Shown here one piece after another: positions 62,700 through 64,000 of a DNA stretch of 64,000 bases. The stretch's first letter is position 1, and every line of letters begins with the position of its first letter. This DNA is from an uncultured Bacteroidales bacterium (GTDB lineage: Bacteria > Bacteroidota > Bacteroidia > Bacteroidales > UBA10428). Both the position numbers and the translations under genes were made by a program. The stretch lies in NCBI GenBank assembly GCA_963808745.1, contig CAWEGX010000005.1:709582-773581 (forward strand), read 5' to 3'. The notes below the pieces were generated by a model. It saw only the letters and a list, made by a program, of their open reading frames with translations, had not been told where the DNA came from and did not search any database.

Positions 62700-64000
62700 A
62701 TGAAACCTGCCTTTTCATTTCACCGGGTTATCCGGACCGTCTTCATAATTTCTATTCTTTTCTTCACGGTACAATGCAAAAAAAACAGATCCTCTGGTAT
62801 TAACCCTGCATTTACTGAAAAAATCGCTGCCTTTACAAGCGGAGTTATATCTTCTGAATCCACCATCCAGGTGGTTCTTGCGGATGACTATCCGGGACAG
62901 ATTACGCGCAATACGCCGGTAAACGAAACTGTTTTCAAATTCAAACCGGATATTGCGGGACATACAGTATGGCTCGACAATCGCACGATTGAATTTCGCC
63001 CTGAACACCATCTTGTATCAGGAGAAACCTATTCCGCAAAATTTTATTTGTCAAAACTGATGAAGGTCCCTAAGAGATATATCCGTACTTGAATTCGATT
63101 TTTCAATAGTGCAACAGGCGTTTGCAGTTGAGTTTGAAGGTTATCAGACTAAACAGGAAAATGACCTGGTTTGGAACCGGTTGAAAGGAGTTGTTAATAC
63201 GGCCGATTTTATCGATGGTGAAATCCTGGCCTCTTATTTTACCGCTAAACAAGGTAAAGAAAAACTTAAGATGATCTGGGATAATTCAGTAGATCGCAGA
63301 ACATTTCAATTTACAATTGATAGTGTCCGTAGGACAGAAGAACCCGGCAAGGTGGAATTATCCTGGGATGCTACTTCACAGCTTACAGGATTAAAAGGGA
63401 GCAGCGAATTTGAAATGCCGGCACTGGGTGATTTCAAGATAATGGATGTAAAGGTTATCCAGCAACCTGAACAGTATATCCAGGTAATGTTCAGCGACCC
63501 GATCCGTAAAAAGCAGAATTTTGAAGGTCTTGTTTCATTGGGCAAGGATGTTAGTCTGAATTTTACCGTGGAAGGTAATATACTTAAAGCCTATCCGGCA
63601 TCACGCCAAAGTGGTGACGACAATCTTTCCATACAGGAAAGTATCGTAAACATATTGGGTTATCCGCTTAAAATTCCCTATACCGGGATTATTACTTTCG
63701 AGCTCGCCAAGCCCCAGGTCAGGCTTCTGGGAAAGGGTGTGATACTACCTTCATCCAGGGGACTTGTCTTCCCTTTTGAAGCAGTGAACCTGAATGCAGT
63801 GGATGTAAAAATCATCAAGATTTTTGAAAACAATATCGGGTACTTCTTGCAGATCAACAAACTCGATGGCAGCAACCAGCTTAAGCGGGCCGGCAGGCTT
63901 GTACATAAACAGACTATACTTTTGAGCCATGAACCGGTTGATCTGGGTAAATGGAACCGCTTTTACCTTGACCTTGAAAAACTGATTCAGCCTGATCCGG
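62700..64000 (+). pseudogene. bacterial alpha-2-macroglobulin-family lipoprotein, N-terminal part (3' end outside window), one frame break near 63074
   Basis: Lipoprotein-like signal ...ILFFTVQC. After the frame break the reading frame starting at 63091 is open to the window end. I translated it by hand and found no stop (...VKVIQQPEQYIQVMFSDPI...VRLLGKGVILPSS.GLVFPFEAVNLNAVDVKIIKIFENN...), which is typical of the MG-domain N-terminus of this family. Confidence 0.75.

Overview
This is a 64-kb chromosomal segment that looks Bacteroidota-like; that is an inference from gene families and TAnnTTTG-type promoter motifs. It carries about 60 protein genes. Most are housekeeping: lgt, gpmA, pgk, proC, cysE, holB, hemW, ispD, apt, dnaG, rpiB, nadA, ruvB, pheS, dut, ybeY, mnmG, uvrC, polA and rsgA. 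Signalling and envelope modules are interleaved with them: LiaF-like/LytS/LytTR; an ECF sigma/anti-sigma cluster; a 1081-aa PAS kinase with a NarL-type regulator; a hybrid kinase; and a REC/DUF1987/DUF2807/ABC-2 gene string. I found no rRNA, tRNA, CRISPR array, transposase, integrase, or recognisable defence or toxin system. Three things stand out. (1) By hand reconstruction, roughly 40 reading-frame breaks hit about 19 genes, including essential ones. They are strongly clustered, and one stretch of about 23 kb has none. (2) A family of intergenic elements is built from in-register heptanucleotide tandem repeats with dyad symmetry. One pair brackets cysE, and another ends exactly at a start codon. 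(3) Two copies of a GC-rich 48-nt hairpin repeat bracket the ECF sigma cluster. I did not find a clear-cut novel multi-gene protein system. The best protein-level candidate is the REC / SiaC-like / DUF2807 / ABC-2 string, which lacks the usual kinase and phosphatase partners. All family assignments come from reading motifs by eye; no database search was possible.
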